This document shows, one piece after another, positions 36,732 to 50,769 of a stretch of 64,000 nucleotides of DNA. The translations under genes and the position numbers were made by a program. The first letter of the stretch is position 1. Each line of letters begins with the position of its first letter. The notes under the pieces were generated by a model. That model was not told the origin of the DNA, ran no database searches, and saw only the letters and a program-made list of their open reading frames with translations. The stretch is from positions 7,357,599 to 7,421,598 of the forward strand of contig NC_068990.1 in assembly GCF_001194135.2 (NCBI RefSeq), read 5' to 3'. This stretch comes from Octopus bimaculoides (taxonomy: Eukaryota).

Positions 36732-39426
36732 ACATACACACACACACACACACATGCATATATGCGTAGGTTTGTGCATTTTTGCACTCACACACCCACA
36801 TGCTTATATATCATGTCATATAGCAGCAATCGAAAACTCAGTTTCCATTTGAACATCACCTTTCTCATCTTAGAGTAAATTGTACACACTCTACTTAGTG
36901 CATGAAGTAATTTTTTTCCATTTGAAAAAAACAACGACAAAAAAAAAAACAAGAAAGAAAGAAAAAAATCACAGTCACACAAGCACAAAAATATTTACAC
37001 ATGCACACACACACTGAATTACATACATTTCTGTAACGAACATTTTACTTCTACTTTTCGTATGTGGTGACCACATTTATCTTTTTAGCATAGTCATTGA
37101 GTCAGAGTCAAATGCAATGGAAAAGGTTAATTTAGAAGACTTGAGTGCATTCAATCCACATTTGAATGCCACTTATTACATGTGTCTCTTTCATCGTTCC
37201 GTCAGATTAACTCCCCTTATTTTAATGATATTTCCAGACTTCTAAAATATTGCCTTTACTTTTGATGATTCTTCTTACGCTCAGTTGATCTCACGCTCCA
37301 TACCTCATTGGCTGTTTATTTGTACATTACATCCATTTTATATATACATACAGACATACATACATATACATATATGTGTACGTTTATATACATATATGTA
37401 TATATATATATATATATATNNNNNNNNNNNNNNNNNNNNNNNNNNNNNNNNNNNNNNNNNNNNNNNNNNNNNNNNNNNNNNNNNNNNNNNNNNNNNNNNN
37501 NNNNNNNNNNNNNNNNNNNNNNNNNNNNNNNNNNNNNNNNNNNNNNNNNNNNNNNNNNNNNNNNNNNNNNNNNNNNNNNNNNNNNNNNNNNNNNNNNNNN
37601 NNNNNNNNNNNNNNNNNNNNNNNNNNNNNNNNNNNNNNNNNNNNNNNNNNNNNNNNNNNNNNNNNNNNNNNNNNNNNNNNNNNNNNNNNNNNNNNNNNNN
37701 NNNNNNNNNNNNNNNNNNNNNNNNNNNNNNNNNNNNNNNNNNNNNNNNNNNNNNNNNNNNNNNNNNNNNNNNNNNNNNNNNNNNNNNNNNNNNNNNNNNN
37801 NNNNNNNNNNNNNNNNNNNNNNNNNNNNNNNNNNNNNNNNNNNNNNNNNNNNNNNNNNNNNNNNNNNNNNNNNNNNNNNNNNNNNNNNNNNNNNNNNNNN
37901 NNNNNNNNNNNNNNNNNNNNNNNNNNNNNNNNNNNNNNNNNNNNNNNNNNNNNNNNNNNTATATATATATTTATCACTGTTAATTATAGACTTATAGACT
38001 TATCACGATTAATTAAAAAAACAACAAATTTACAAGGAAATCATTCAGATTTGGGAACTGAGACAAGGAAAACCTGCATACATATTCCTCTATGTATTTC
38101 TAGATCAGAAATATGAAGCTGTGCTACATTTATATCTCGTCAGTGAAGGGTGGAAACATACACTTTCAACAAATTTGAAATCAATTAATGCCTTGGTCTA
38201 ATGATGCCTACTTAACGTATGTGTATGTGTAAGTGTGTATAAGTATGTATGTGTCTATGTTTGTGTGTAACAGAGAGTAGGGGAAAAACATCTCTATCAA
38301 ACCGTAACATTTATTGAGCTTTATGTACATACATACTTATGCATTTATTTCTCTCATTTTTCGCCAATCTCTAAAGTAAGAGGTTATTGTATATAGGATT
38401 ACCATACATCCCGTTTAACCTTAAAATGTTCCGGAATGTCCCAGATATAGATCAAAAGATTAAATTCTAAGAAGGAAAATGGAAAAAAAATGTTGATATC
38501 GGTAAATAATTCTAAGCGTGCCGTGTACACCTCAGCTACAAACTAACGAACATACACATCACCCAGTCTAAACCTAATGTTGCGTGTCTTTACTGGAAGT
38601 CCAACGGATGTGTCGTAATATCATTCTCACGTGACAAGTAGGTATTGCAGTTTTAAAATATTTAGCTTATCTCTGGTTTCCGGATTAAAAATGATAACTT
38701 TATGGCTTTTCTACCTTCTTTCCTGTAAACGATTAACGTAAACCTAAGCATGGTCTAACTCTTTAGCCGTTTGGAGTTCAGAATTTTATTAGGTCGTAAA
38801 TGTTTTTCGTACAAACGCCTATATTTATAATTCTGTCCACGTTTGAGCCAAAGAAATTATAGTAGGTCAACTGTAGTATGTATGTGCACAATGCATACAC
38901 ATACAAACGCATATATACCCACACGTATACACATATATAACATGACCCTCATGGAATTCTTCGGAGACTACCTTCACCACTTATATCTAGGTATGTACTT
39001 TTTTATGTATAGATATATAGATGAAACTTAGCTTGATCTCTTTCACATTATTCCAGCTCGTTTCATTGGTTACAATTATGTCACCGATGAGGCTGCATAA
39101 ATAGCATTTACGTGAAAAAAAATGGTACCGAAACAATCTTAGGTAAAAAATAAAGTTGTTCTAAATTCATTCCTTGTGTTCTTACTTGTATTACATACAT
39201 GCATACATACATTCATGCATACATACATGCATACATACATGCATACATATGTATATATACAGATATATATACAGACACACAGACACACATACATATATAC
39301 ATACATACATGCATACATATATCAGTATGCGAAAAAATAAAATAACCACGTTTTCTATGATAGTTTCCTGTAGATGTGAATTTTTATATATTCTGTAGGT
39401 GTTAGTTAATATTGGATAATTGTATA

Positions 39427-39432
39427 TTTATT
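39427..39432 (-). promoter_or_regulatory. Candidate TH polyadenylation signal (AATAAA on - strand)
   Basis: First TTTATT downstream of the TH stop, about 220 nt away. Confidence 0.35.
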
Positions 39433-39654
39433 TGCAGAAAAATTAAAACGAATTTCAATAACAATCAATGGATCAACTACAATGCCTGTTAACCGATTCA
39501 TATATAAAACTAATGATTTCTTTCTAAAGTGGTGTATCCACTTAGCATATAACATAAAAAATATCTGCCATCATTAACATTAACTATAATTTCAGATTTC
39601 TTCAACTAAGGAATTCAGTCGACTGTTGTATCAGATACGCTTGCTCGTTAACCT

Positions 39655-39838
39655 TCATGCAGTCACCTGGACTGTGCGCACATCTAGATATTTCAGAGCT
39701 TTCTGCACGCTGTCAACGTTTCCCTTGATGATTCTCATCACAGACTGCAAAGACTGTTTGTCTTTCAACTCAACCAATGATTGTGTGAAAGCGTTGTAAT
39801 GAAACTCGCAAGGACGATTGATTTGTGCCACATATTTC
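39655..39838 (-). CDS. TH: Tyrosine hydroxylase, terminal coding exon (tetramerisation region)
   Basis: Acceptor tttctctttttcaacag, phase 2 completing AG|G (Arg). Translates to KYVAQINRPCEFHYNAFTQSLVELKDKQSLQSVMRIIKGNVDSVQKALKYLDVRTVQVTA*, aligning with the TH segment YASRIQRPFSVKFDPYT. Missed by the ORF track. Confidence 0.88.
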
Positions 39839-40681
39839 CTGTTGAAAAAGAGAAAATATATTCATTAACTTTAATTACACTATAAGAAAATTAAAACTTT
39901 TTTTTTTGTGTTTCGTCATTAAGTGTTATTTCTCCTTTGAATCTATCCAGAAATCAAAGGAAATGGCTATTGTTCTCTTCAAATTTTGTTTTTGTGACAT
40001 GGGCATCAATATTTTAAAACTGACCTATTTTCCATAACATTTAAAACAGGCTCGTCACTGATATTGCTGAAGTAAAGATATCGTTATAGCAAATATTCTG
40101 CTCAATACCACAGGAAAAAATTAGAGTTTTTTGGCAAGTGCGAGTGATAACTCTGAGAATGTTCCAGTCTGAATATACCTCAGTGAAGCACAAATTTCAT
40201 CATACTTGCCAGAGTAGTAAAGCAGGTATTATCATTTGTGCAATAATGCACATTTATAGAGCCGTTGGAATCTACACACACATACACACACATACGCACG
40301 CACGCACGCACGCACACACACTCACACACATACATACAATATATATACATATATATAGANNNNNNNNNNNNNNNNNNNNNNNNNNNNNNNNNNNNNNNNN
40401 NNNNNNNNNNNNNNNNNNNNNNNNNNNNNNNNNNNNNNNNNNNNNNNNNNNNNNNNNNNNNNNNNNNNNNNNNNNNNNNNNNNNNNNNNNNNNNNNNNNN
40501 NNNNNNNNNNNNNNNNNNNNNNNNNNNNNNNNNNNNNNNNNNNNNNNNNNNNNNNNNNNNNNNNNNNNNNNNNNNNNNNNNNNNNNNNNNNNNNNNNNNN
40601 NNNNNNNNNNNNNNNNNNNNNNNNNNNNNNNNNNNNNNATATATATTTATATATATATATATATACATGCATATATATATT

Positions 40682-40727
<46 letters not shown>

Positions 40728-40840
40728 AACACACACACATATATACACACGTTTGTATGTGTGTATATACTTGTGCGTGTATATGTGTTTGTATGCATTG
40801 TATGCATATGTGCGCATGCATGTATGTATGTATGTATGTA

Positions 40841-41706
40841 TTGGGTCATCCCATAAATAATGCGGTTTTTTAATACTTCCTTTATTTTTAAAAATTAAGA
40901 TAAACAAAATTCTTTTTAAATCTAAAATATACTCTCCTTCATTTTCTACAATACTCTTCCATCTATGTGGTAGTCTTGCAAGGCCCCTCTACCAAAATTC
41001 ACTTGTTCCTGACGAAAAATGCTCCTCCAGTACTGTTCTAATCTCGTCTACAGAATTCATATTTTTTTGTCCGTCCAAATGATTTTGAAGACTGCAGAAT
41101 AAATGATAATTAGATGGAACAATGTCTGGTGAATGGGATCCTCGCTGTATGTGGCCGAGCATTATCCTGATGGAAGAACATCTTTGCTTTTGAAACCAAA
41201 GATGGTCATTTTCCGATGGCACGCACGTGTCTATGAATAGTTGAAGGACCAAATCCAAGCTTCTCTGCTAGTTACTCAACTACGATGGGATTGTTTTCCA
41301 CCAGGGTTTGCAGGATGTCCTCGCCGAGCTCTACAGATCTTCCAGGACGGGGCTCGTAGTTTCCGGCTCGGAATTTCTGGAATCACTGTTGACACTGGCT
41401 TACGCTTATTGTCCGACCCCCATATATTGTATTAATATTCCTCGCACTTTCCGTTGCGTTGTTGCCTTTGTTGAACTCATAAGGCAAAATATGCCGAATA
41501 TGCTCCTTTTCCATTTCCGTTATAGCTTTGAAAAAATAATTGTTACGATGGAACTACACTCTTGAAAACTTGCATCAAGAATAAGTACAAGGTAAAATTA
41601 CTACCTGCTTTTATAGCAAGTTGATGCAGGTAATTTACCCCGTCCCCCTCCGATTTTTAGTTCAATGAATTGAGAAAAAAACCGCATTATTTATGGCATG
41701 GCCCAA
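40841..41706 (-). mobile_element. Internally deleted mariner element in the last TH intron
   Basis: Approximately 30-bp TIRs TTGGGTCATCCCATAAATAATGCGGTTTTT and TTGGGCCATGCCATAAATAATGCGGTTTTT, with TA duplications at 40839-40840 and 41707-41708. The - strand frame MEKEHIRHILPYEFNKGNNATESARNIN... jumps to FHQDNARPHTA and HSPDIVPSNYHLFCSLQNHL. Confidence 0.92.
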
Positions 41707-41786
41707 TATGTATGTTTATCAGCATGCAAATACGTGTGTATGTATTTGCAATAATAGGGATGTAACAAGAAAGAAAATGATACTAC

Positions 41787-42016
41787 CTCATTTTGTCTTT
41801 CATATCTTCAAAGGATTCTGCAACAAAGTAGATGGGTTGCAAATCGTTATCGTCATATTCCTGAAGAGATGCTGTTTCCGTTTGAAAAAGTTTCTTCTCA
41901 CAATTGTTAGATAAGGCATGTTCAAGTTCCCCATAAGACGACAGGGTTGCTGCTCCATAAGCACGAATGCCACATGGCTCCTTCACCAGGCCAAATTCCA
42001 CAGTGAACCAATAAAG
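41787..42016 (-). CDS. TH: Tyrosine hydroxylase, penultimate coding exon (catalytic domain)
   Basis: Acceptor ttgtag, donor gtagta. Translates to LYWFTVEFGLVKEPCGIRAYGAATLSSYGELEHALSNNCEKKLFQTETASLQEYDDNDLQPIYFVAESFEDMKDKM(R). It carries the iron-ligand Glu of WFTVEFG. SSYGEL and an Asp at the rat TH D425 position indicate TH rather than PAH or TPH. Confidence 0.92.
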
Positions 42017-42608
42017 CTACAAGAGAAAGAGCAGTCAATTTAGACTAGAGAATAAATCAAGCTAAAGAGTTCTCCTTATTATATATAAGGAAATTACTCT
42101 TAAATCACATTAAATCATCTTTAAAATAATGTTATGGTGGATAAGGTAGTCCTAGCTATACAAAAAAAAAAAAATGTACAAAATTATACTGTACAGTCAC
42201 GGCCAGAACATCTTTGAATCACAATTACGTTTGTCCAGGGCTGACTTGGAATTAAATAACAACAGCATGTATAAGTTATGATTTCTTTGTTGTGAAAGCA
42301 TAGAAGTTTCTAGGAAATNNNNNNNNNNNNNNNNNNNNNNNNNNNNNNNNNNNNNNNNNNNNNNNNNNNNNNNNNNNNNNNNNNNNNNNNNNNNNNNNNN
42401 NNNNNNNNNNNNNNNNNNNNNNNNNNNNNNNNNNNNNNNNNNNNNNNNNNNNNNNNNNNNNNNNNNNNNNNNNNNNNNNNNNNNNNNNNNNNNNNNNNNN
42501 NNNNNNNNNNNNNNNNNNNNNNNNNNNNNNNNNNNNNNNNNNNNNNNNNNNNNNNNNNNNNNNNNNNNNNNNNNNNNNNNNNNNNNNNNNNNNNNNNNNN
42601 NNNNNNNN

Positions 42609-42641
<33 letters not shown>

Positions 42642-42651
42642 GTGTGCCTTT

Positions 42652-42855
42652 GTCTTTGTGTTTATCTCCATCACCACTTGACAATCGGTGTTGGTTTGTT
42701 TACGCCTCAGTAACTTAACGGTTTGGCGAAAAGACTCCGATAGAATAAGTACCAGGCTTAATAAAAAAAAGTACTGGTGTCGATTCATTCGGCAAAACAA
42801 TTCCTCAAGGCGGTGCCCCAACATGTTTGCAGTTTGATGGCTGAAACGATTAAAA
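42652..42855 (+). mobile_element. SINE family B, 3-prime half
   Basis: cttgacaatcggtgttggtttgtttacg...gatagaataagtacc...aaggcggtgcccca...ctgaaac. Confidence 0.75.
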
Positions 42856-42863
42856 GAAAAAAA

Positions 42864-42899
<36 letters not shown>

Positions 42900-45164
42900 G
42901 CACACACGTGCGTGCGTCGTGTGTGTGTGTGATTTCCACTTTTACATGCATATCTCTTTTCAAATTCTGTCATTCTGTCACAGTTTTAACTCGTATAATT
43001 ATTCGAAGAAATATATTGCAGGGAAAATATTGATTCTTTAAATGTCAACAGACGTTTGCTACATATATTTCAGTAGTCCATAATCGTATCATAAATTTTG
43101 GTGGGTGTTATGCTAGCTTTAGAAAGTGTGGAGATATAAATTATACGTATGAAAAATACAAATATCACACCTTCAATACAGAAAGAAAATATATAAATAA
43201 ACGATATTTCAGATAATGAGAAGGCAAAATAATTTTCTTCTATAAATCAATGCCGGAACAGGTGTTTGCATAATACGAATGAAATGATATCGCTTATATA
43301 CGATTCATGATCATTTGCTGTTTTATAATTTATCTTTTTGTTTCAAAATTGCGAAATTTGTCCTTCTAATGTTCGTATTGAAAGGATTTTGTAAATTTAT
43401 TAATAGGAGCGTTGGCAAAGCTATGTGGTTAAGAACTTCTCTTTGAAACCATGTGGTTACAGGTTAGATCCTAGAAGGATCACTTTAAGAAGAATATTCT
43501 AAATGTGACTTTCACCACATGATTTTGTCTGCACCAAGTTGACCAATAGCTTATGAGGGGAAAAGAAACCTCTCACACCCCCACCCAACACATGCTATTT
43601 TTTGTTAATAATTTTTACTTAGATTTGCATAACTGGAGATAGTAGATTTGACAGGTCGTACAAAGAATATCTGATCAGTCAAACATGTTAAAATTGAGTT
43701 CGTGTGTCCATGGCGTCTAAGTAAAACTGTATGTCGTTAGGTAAAGCGTAAGACTCGTTTTCATTGGTCAGTTTGGGTTACATATTGGAAATGGTAACTC
43801 AGCAAATGTTACATACTAGATTGGCTGAGTGGTGATTGCAGAATGGTGTATGATACAATCGAAAGATAATACACGGGACCTAGAGACCGTGTATTTTTTT
43901 TCATGCTATCATATACTAAGGAAAGTTCTTGAGGAGAACTTCATTTAGAATAATCACTTCTTCGGGATCAGAGATATTTTCATGTTCCATTTTATGTGGA
44001 CTCTGGTATCAAGGAAATTACTTAGCTTGTATAAACTTGAATGTTAACGACGACATTCCTCCTTACTCAACTGGATGTGTAAGTGCCATCATAAGAGTAA
44101 TGCGATAGGGAATGCTTAGACGGTTTCATTTAGGCATAGATTTACTTTTGGTCAAGCTTTGTTTTAAATCTTGCTACTTCATATAGATTTAATACTCCGT
44201 CATTGCGATGTTTTCCTTTTGGGATTTTATTATTTTCATTTCCATTTTACTTTTATTTCACTTTTAAGATAGTGAGGTATGCCGCACTAACTTGCGCTTA
44301 ATGTAAATATATTTCAATATTTGTTAAAATATTTTCCGAATTAATTAATAACATTTTAGATATCCGACCAAAATCGAAGAATATTCGATATTTCAGGAAA
44401 TAAAAACTTAAATATTTGAAATTGATTTAATTTCAAATTTGAAAGGGATCAACAGAATCTGCCAAACAGTTTTGTATAAACGAAGCAAATGGTGGAGCAC
44501 TGAAAATAAGCAAGGAAAAAATATCAAAGCCAATCAAAGAACAGATCACGCATGCGTAGTAATATTATACAATATTACTGCATACGTAGTAATACAAGCA
44601 ATGAACACGCTCTATTATTTTCGATAAAAGATAAAATTTTAAAAGGATTGTTTATAGACATCTTTGTTATACGATATTAGAAGTAAAAATTTTTAATCCA
44701 ATCAACATTACGAACCAGGCATTTAAATAACTACAACATGAATTTTAGATTTCTGCAGACTATCAAACTGCACGGCAAAAATTGATCAATCGATAAGAAA
44801 ACTGCACAAAATATTGTGTTCAAATTTAATGTTCCCCGTGTCCCCATTACTTACATTTCTAATCTATGCCTCTTTGTGTGTGGGGAGGTGTGCGCGCGCG
44901 AGTGTGTGTGCGTGGACGTGTGTGTTAGTGTGTGTGTGTGTGTGTGTGTTTTACGATATTTTTTCTATTCTTTGAAACCAATGTTTAATACTAATGAAAC
45001 AAATCTGTTCAGGAAAAATGTCAAAGAGAACTTTTATGTCAAAAACAGAAAATTAGTTGCAGAGTAAACATCTAAGGATCGAATCACAATATTATTATTG
45101 TGTTGTTTTTTTTCTTCTCTCTACAAATTTTCTTCCATTTCTTGCCGAGTGTTTTCCGTACGCC

Positions 45165-45214
<50 letters not shown>

Positions 45215-45215
45215 G

Positions 45216-45683
45216 GGCGGCGAGCTGGCAGAATGGTTAGCACGCCTTGCAAAATACTTTGCGGGATTTCGTCCGTCTTCACATTCTGTGTTGAAATTCC
45301 GCCGAGGTTGCTTTGCCCTTCATCCTTTCGGGATCGATTAAATAAGTACTAGTTACGCACTGGGGTCGATGTAATCGACTTAATCCCCTTCCCAAGCTGC
45401 CCTCGTGGCAAAAACTTGAAATCATTATTATTATTGTTGCCTTTGCACAACTTCTAATGCTGGAGATTTACTACAGTGTCAGCTGTTCACTACCAGTGAA
45501 CTAAGGTAACACCTCTTATTTTTCGAGCACCTTCTGGAGTATTCGAGCGGTCCCAAACAGTGTCGAGGTCGACTTTGGCTTTCAGCATTTCGCGGTCGAT
45601 AGAGTACCAGTTGCGTACTGGGTCGATCTAATCGACTGGCCCCACCTCCTAAATTTCGGGCCTTGTGCCTAGAGTAGAAAAGA
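45216..45683 (+). mobile_element. SINE family A, one full and one partial copy
   Basis: GGCGGCGAGCTGGCAGAATGG head at 45216. Second partial copy at about 45565-45683. Confidence 0.85.
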
Positions 45684-45734
45684 TTAATACATCTGTGTAT
45701 AAATGTATGAGTGTATGTGCTCTTATCTGCTGTG

Positions 45735-46236
45735 TGTGTGGAAGCCACAATAGGGTGGAAGCCATAGCCACTCAGTACAAAGGAGTACTGGTGAAATGTC
45801 TCAGTGAAATGCACACAATAAAATGTACACAAAACAGGCCTGACATAATGATTTGGGATGGGGAAGAGAAACTGTGTACAGGTCAGGAAATCAGGTGTCC
45901 AGCGTAAGTTAACATAAATCTGAAGTTCAGTGAAAAAGATAATACATGCACTAAACTACTGACAAATTTGTAGTTACTCAATCCAGATTACAAGTTCAGG
46001 TTTGCACCTGTAATCGTTGGAGCACTGGGATATGTAGCACCCTGCCTAAATACCAATCTCGAGAAAATAGGTTTTTCAGAACCAGCAAAGAGAAAGCTGA
46101 TTCGAAGACCACAGATTCACTTGAACTGTAAAAATCTGCAAAACTTTCCAGAAGTTTATCATTTAAGTATATACGATCATGTATAGATATACAAGTATAG
46201 GCATGAGAATGCATACATAACACAAGACATACAAAT

Positions 46237-46240
<4 letters not shown>
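45735..46240 (+). mobile_element. RLE non-LTR retrotransposon, 3-prime fragment (family 2)
   Basis: KCTQNRPDIMIWDGEEKLCT...PDYKFRFAPVIVGALGYV with intact RPD motif but in-frame stops. Ends in acatacaaatctgcac followed by (CA)n. Confidence 0.8.
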
Positions 46241-46308
<68 letters not shown>

Positions 46309-47094
46309 GCACAAACACACACACACTCACATACACACACGTGTGTGTGTGCATGTGTATGTGTATCCAAGCAGAACGTAAATACGTAATAAATTAGGTG
46401 GATGTACCCATGCGCAGATGTAAATGTAAAAAAGGGAAGCGAAAAACTATCCCCCCTTTGAGCTACTAATTGAGGGTAAATATTTATATTCACAGCAATC
46501 CAGTTTTATCTCTCTTTTACAATTTCATTCTCATTTCGTGATTACAACGCAATATAAATATTGAGTTGTACAACAATTTACGACGCTTGTATAAATACAC
46601 AGCTAACAGTTTTTTATTATACTGTTCACACTAAAACATCAACTAACAACATTAATGTTATCGATTCATCACCGCTCCTTGTTAATATAACCATATATGA
46701 TAACGCTTTATCATGTCTGTTGCCTTATTTTAAGGTTTTATTTCTTTCATACTTGTGTATTTTTATAACATCTTTATTTTTACATGTTCCTAGAACCTCT
46801 AAGATAACTTATACAACCAAACGATTACATGCAAAATACAAGTATGTGACGGTCCCTAACACTATTCCACTGGGATCCAGCATTATATTTAAACACTCTC
46901 GTTTTTACTTTCCTTAACGACTCGATTCCATAGCTTGCACTGTCTTTAATATACACAGCCCTTCGCGAATCGATAATATGTAACTCGGAGTTACGATTAA
47001 TGAAGCTACAGTTTATGTAAAATACGATGAGATTCTACAATACGTAGGGGTTACACTGCCCAATTCTCCATGACGTTACACACCTATATACTCT

Positions 47095-47441
47095 TTACTC
47101 TCTTACTTGTTTCAGTCATTTGACTGTGGCCATGCTGGAGCACCACCTTTAGTCGAGCAAATCGACCCCAGAACTTATTCTTTGTAAGCCTAGTACTTAT
47201 TCTATCAGTCTCTTTTGCCAAACCGCTAAGTTACGGGGACGTAAGCACACCAGCATCGGTTGTCAAGTGATGTTGGTGGGGATAAACACAGACACACAAG
47301 CATACATATATGTATACATATATACGACGGGCTTCTTTCAGTTTCCGTCGACCAAATCCATTCACAAGGCTTTGGTCGGGCCGAAGCTATAGTAGAAGAC
47401 ACCATGTGGTTCGTAAGCAAGCTACTTACCACACAGCCACC
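47095..47441 (-). mobile_element. SINE family B copy with internal deletion
   Basis: Reverse complement of 56218-56616. Confidence 0.88.
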
Positions 47442-48529
47442 CCTACGCCTATACTCATATCTGCATGGAATTTTCTTTACATTCCTTTCCCTATTTAATT
47501 TTTTTTGCCAAATGTCAAATTCTGTTACTCCATTTTGTTTCTAATTTAAATTAATTTTTGTTTGACATGATATAACCACAGAAAAATACAATTCGTCTAA
47601 ACCCTGTTTAATAATAATTATTAAAATCAATATATCTTAAGTCGGTATGTTTGTCATTGAATTTGTCTTACGTCGGTATGTTTCTCATTCAATTATTATA
47701 ACTCCCCTCGTAATTAATATCCACTTACTGTCTTCCTCCGACGCGTTTTCTAATGTCTAACGATTACCTCCCTTCTTTTATAAACGCTACGAACTTAGGT
47801 AATGTTTTCTCCATGTCTTCCTCTTCCATAAATTTCTTCCATTTGAATTACTTAGCATTTCTTTACCGAAATGCCAGCCTTTATATACATCACATGACCA
47901 TCGCTATAATCTATACACCTCTAGCTTCGAATTCTTTTAACCTCTAACTCGATAACAATAGCAGGTGTGCATTGCTCAAGCACACAACGTGCCGACTAGT
48001 TCAGGAATCGAACCCACGAATGTCAGCCTAACACTCCTTGACCACTTAGCCACGCACCTTCACACTCACATATACAATACAGTTCTATATTTAAATATAT
48101 ATTTATATACGCACACACGAATGCACGCAACATATACGGTGACATACGAATAGATCTATAGATAGATACAAAGGGAAAGAAAGAAGCGCGTTATATAAAA
48201 ATCGGACGACTATAACAAAAATTGCACGGAAACATAAAAATAAAGGGAGGAAAAAAGAAAGAAAAAAAAACATCAACACTTGAATGCATTTGTCATGAAA
48301 ATATTTAAATACAACAGAAAGTCTATGGGATAAACTTAATGAATTGCGGAGATGTTGGTTTTATACAAGTATAGGTAGTATGGTGGTGTCGTCTGCAAAG
48401 GTTGAGCTTGTTTTTCTGTTTAACATTCATCATCACGAATGAATTTTCCCTTGAAGAGCTTTTACTGCCGATCATCTAAGCTTCATGCATCATTACCTAT
48501 TTTTCACATAATCTATCTATCTATCTATC

Positions 48530-48589
<60 letters not shown>

Positions 48590-49071
48590 GATCTATCTAT
48601 CTATTTCTTTTACATTCTATCTAAATACCTGTCTATACCTATTAACATATGTCACTATCTATCTACTAAAATATCCAGCTTACTAGTTATTTCTTTTACT
48701 TAAACATACAAAAACCGACACGCTTCAATGCTCAATAAACCGTTTACACTCGCTACATTTCTCTTCTCTCACCCTCTCATTCTCTGTCTGTCTCTCTTTT
48801 TCTTTCTTTGAATGTGTATATGTACANNNNNNNNNNNNNNNNNNNNNNNNNNNNNNNNNNNNNNNNNNNNNNNNNNNNNNNNNNNNNNNNNNNNNNNNNN
48901 NNNNNNNNNNNNNNNNNNNNNNNNNNNNNNNNNNNNNNNNNNNNNNNNNNNNNNNNNNNNNNNNNNNNNNNNNNNNNNNNNNNNNNNNNNNNNNNNNNNN
49001 NNNNNNNNNNNNNNNNNNNNNNNNNNNNNNNNNNNNNNNNNNNNNNNNNNNNNNNNNNNNNNNNNNNNNNN

Positions 49072-49109
<38 letters not shown>

Positions 49110-49391
49110 CACATATGCATACACGCAAACGCACATATCCGTATATATATACATGTCTTTCTGAGTATACAAGTATATATAATGTATGTCTATTATATGC
49201 TTATATACTGAACATATATATATATCATATGTCATACATGCACACAAATATATCATATACACATACATACACACACACGCTCACACACATACAATGAGCA
49301 TATATGTGTATTATATATTATATATTTATATACTAGATTTATAATATATGCATTATACATCATCTGTCTGTCTGTCTGTCTCCGTCTATCT

Positions 49392-49461
<70 letters not shown>

Positions 49462-49541
49462 GCATATATATATCTATATATTTGTATGTGTGTGTATCTA
49501 TCTCTCTCTCTATATATATATACATACATACATATACATAT

Positions 49542-49580
<39 letters not shown>

Positions 49581-49998
49581 CACACATATATATATATACA
49601 TATGTATGAAATGAATAAATACATATGTACATATATACTCACTAGATACATAAGTGCAATCAGTTCAAGAGCCTTACGGAAAAACGCAGTCATGTGTGTA
49701 TAAATGATACGGATTGATAGTTTTTAGCAGGAGATGGCTGGAACCCTTTGATGACCTGCTTTCACCTTATATTTTCCAATCAACTGTTAAGACTTGTGAA
49801 AGCTGGATAGGAAATCTTGGTTTGTGTTCTTGCACAGCTCGGTGTATGCGAGATTGCTTAGGGAATATACTTACAGTACATATTCGTGGTTAAAGCAACA
49901 GCACGAGAAAAATCATTAAAGAAAAAGGAGACTGGGACGAAGGGGAATAAGGGAAGTTGGAAGAGAAGAAAGGAAGAAAAAAAAATAACAAGAACAGC

Positions 49999-50060
<62 letters not shown>

Positions 50061-50451
50061 TAATAATAATAATAATAATAACAACAACAGAAAAATAGAA
50101 AGGTAGCGATAAGGTAGATGAAAACAGCAGCGTGTAAGAAATAAAGGTAAACCAAAGTAGGAGACATCGAAAAACGAAAAAGTTAAGCAAAGAAATAGAG
50201 GACAAAAATAGCAGAAATGTTTAGAATGGTTTTAGAGATTAGCTTGTCGATCGACAGATCTTCTGTTCGTACCCCGTTACAAACTTTGTGTTTTATCTCA
50301 GGGTAACACAGTGGGAAATCAGAGCTGCGAATGTTGCGCGTAACGTGTTTTTGCCTTAATTTTCCGTGTTTTCGTCCAGTTTTCCGTTTGTTCTGTTTTC
50401 GTCTAATTTTTCTCTTTTTTTCTCTTTGCTGTGTTCTTTCTTTTTAACCCT

Positions 50452-50504
<53 letters not shown>

Positions 50505-50738
50505 CGCCTTCTGTTTGTCTGCTTGCCTGTCTGTCTGTCTGTCTGNNNNNNNNNNNNNNNNNNNNNNNNNNNNNNNNNNNNNNNNNNNNNNNNNNNNNNN
50601 NNNNNNNNNNNNNNNNNNNNNNNNNNNNNNNNNNNNNNNNNNNNNNNNNNNNNNNNNNNNNNNNNNNNNNNNNNNNNNNNNNNNNNNNNNNNNNNNNNNN
50701 NNNNNNNNNNNNNNNNNNNNNNNNNNNNNNNNNNNNNN

Positions 50739-50769
<31 letters not shown>

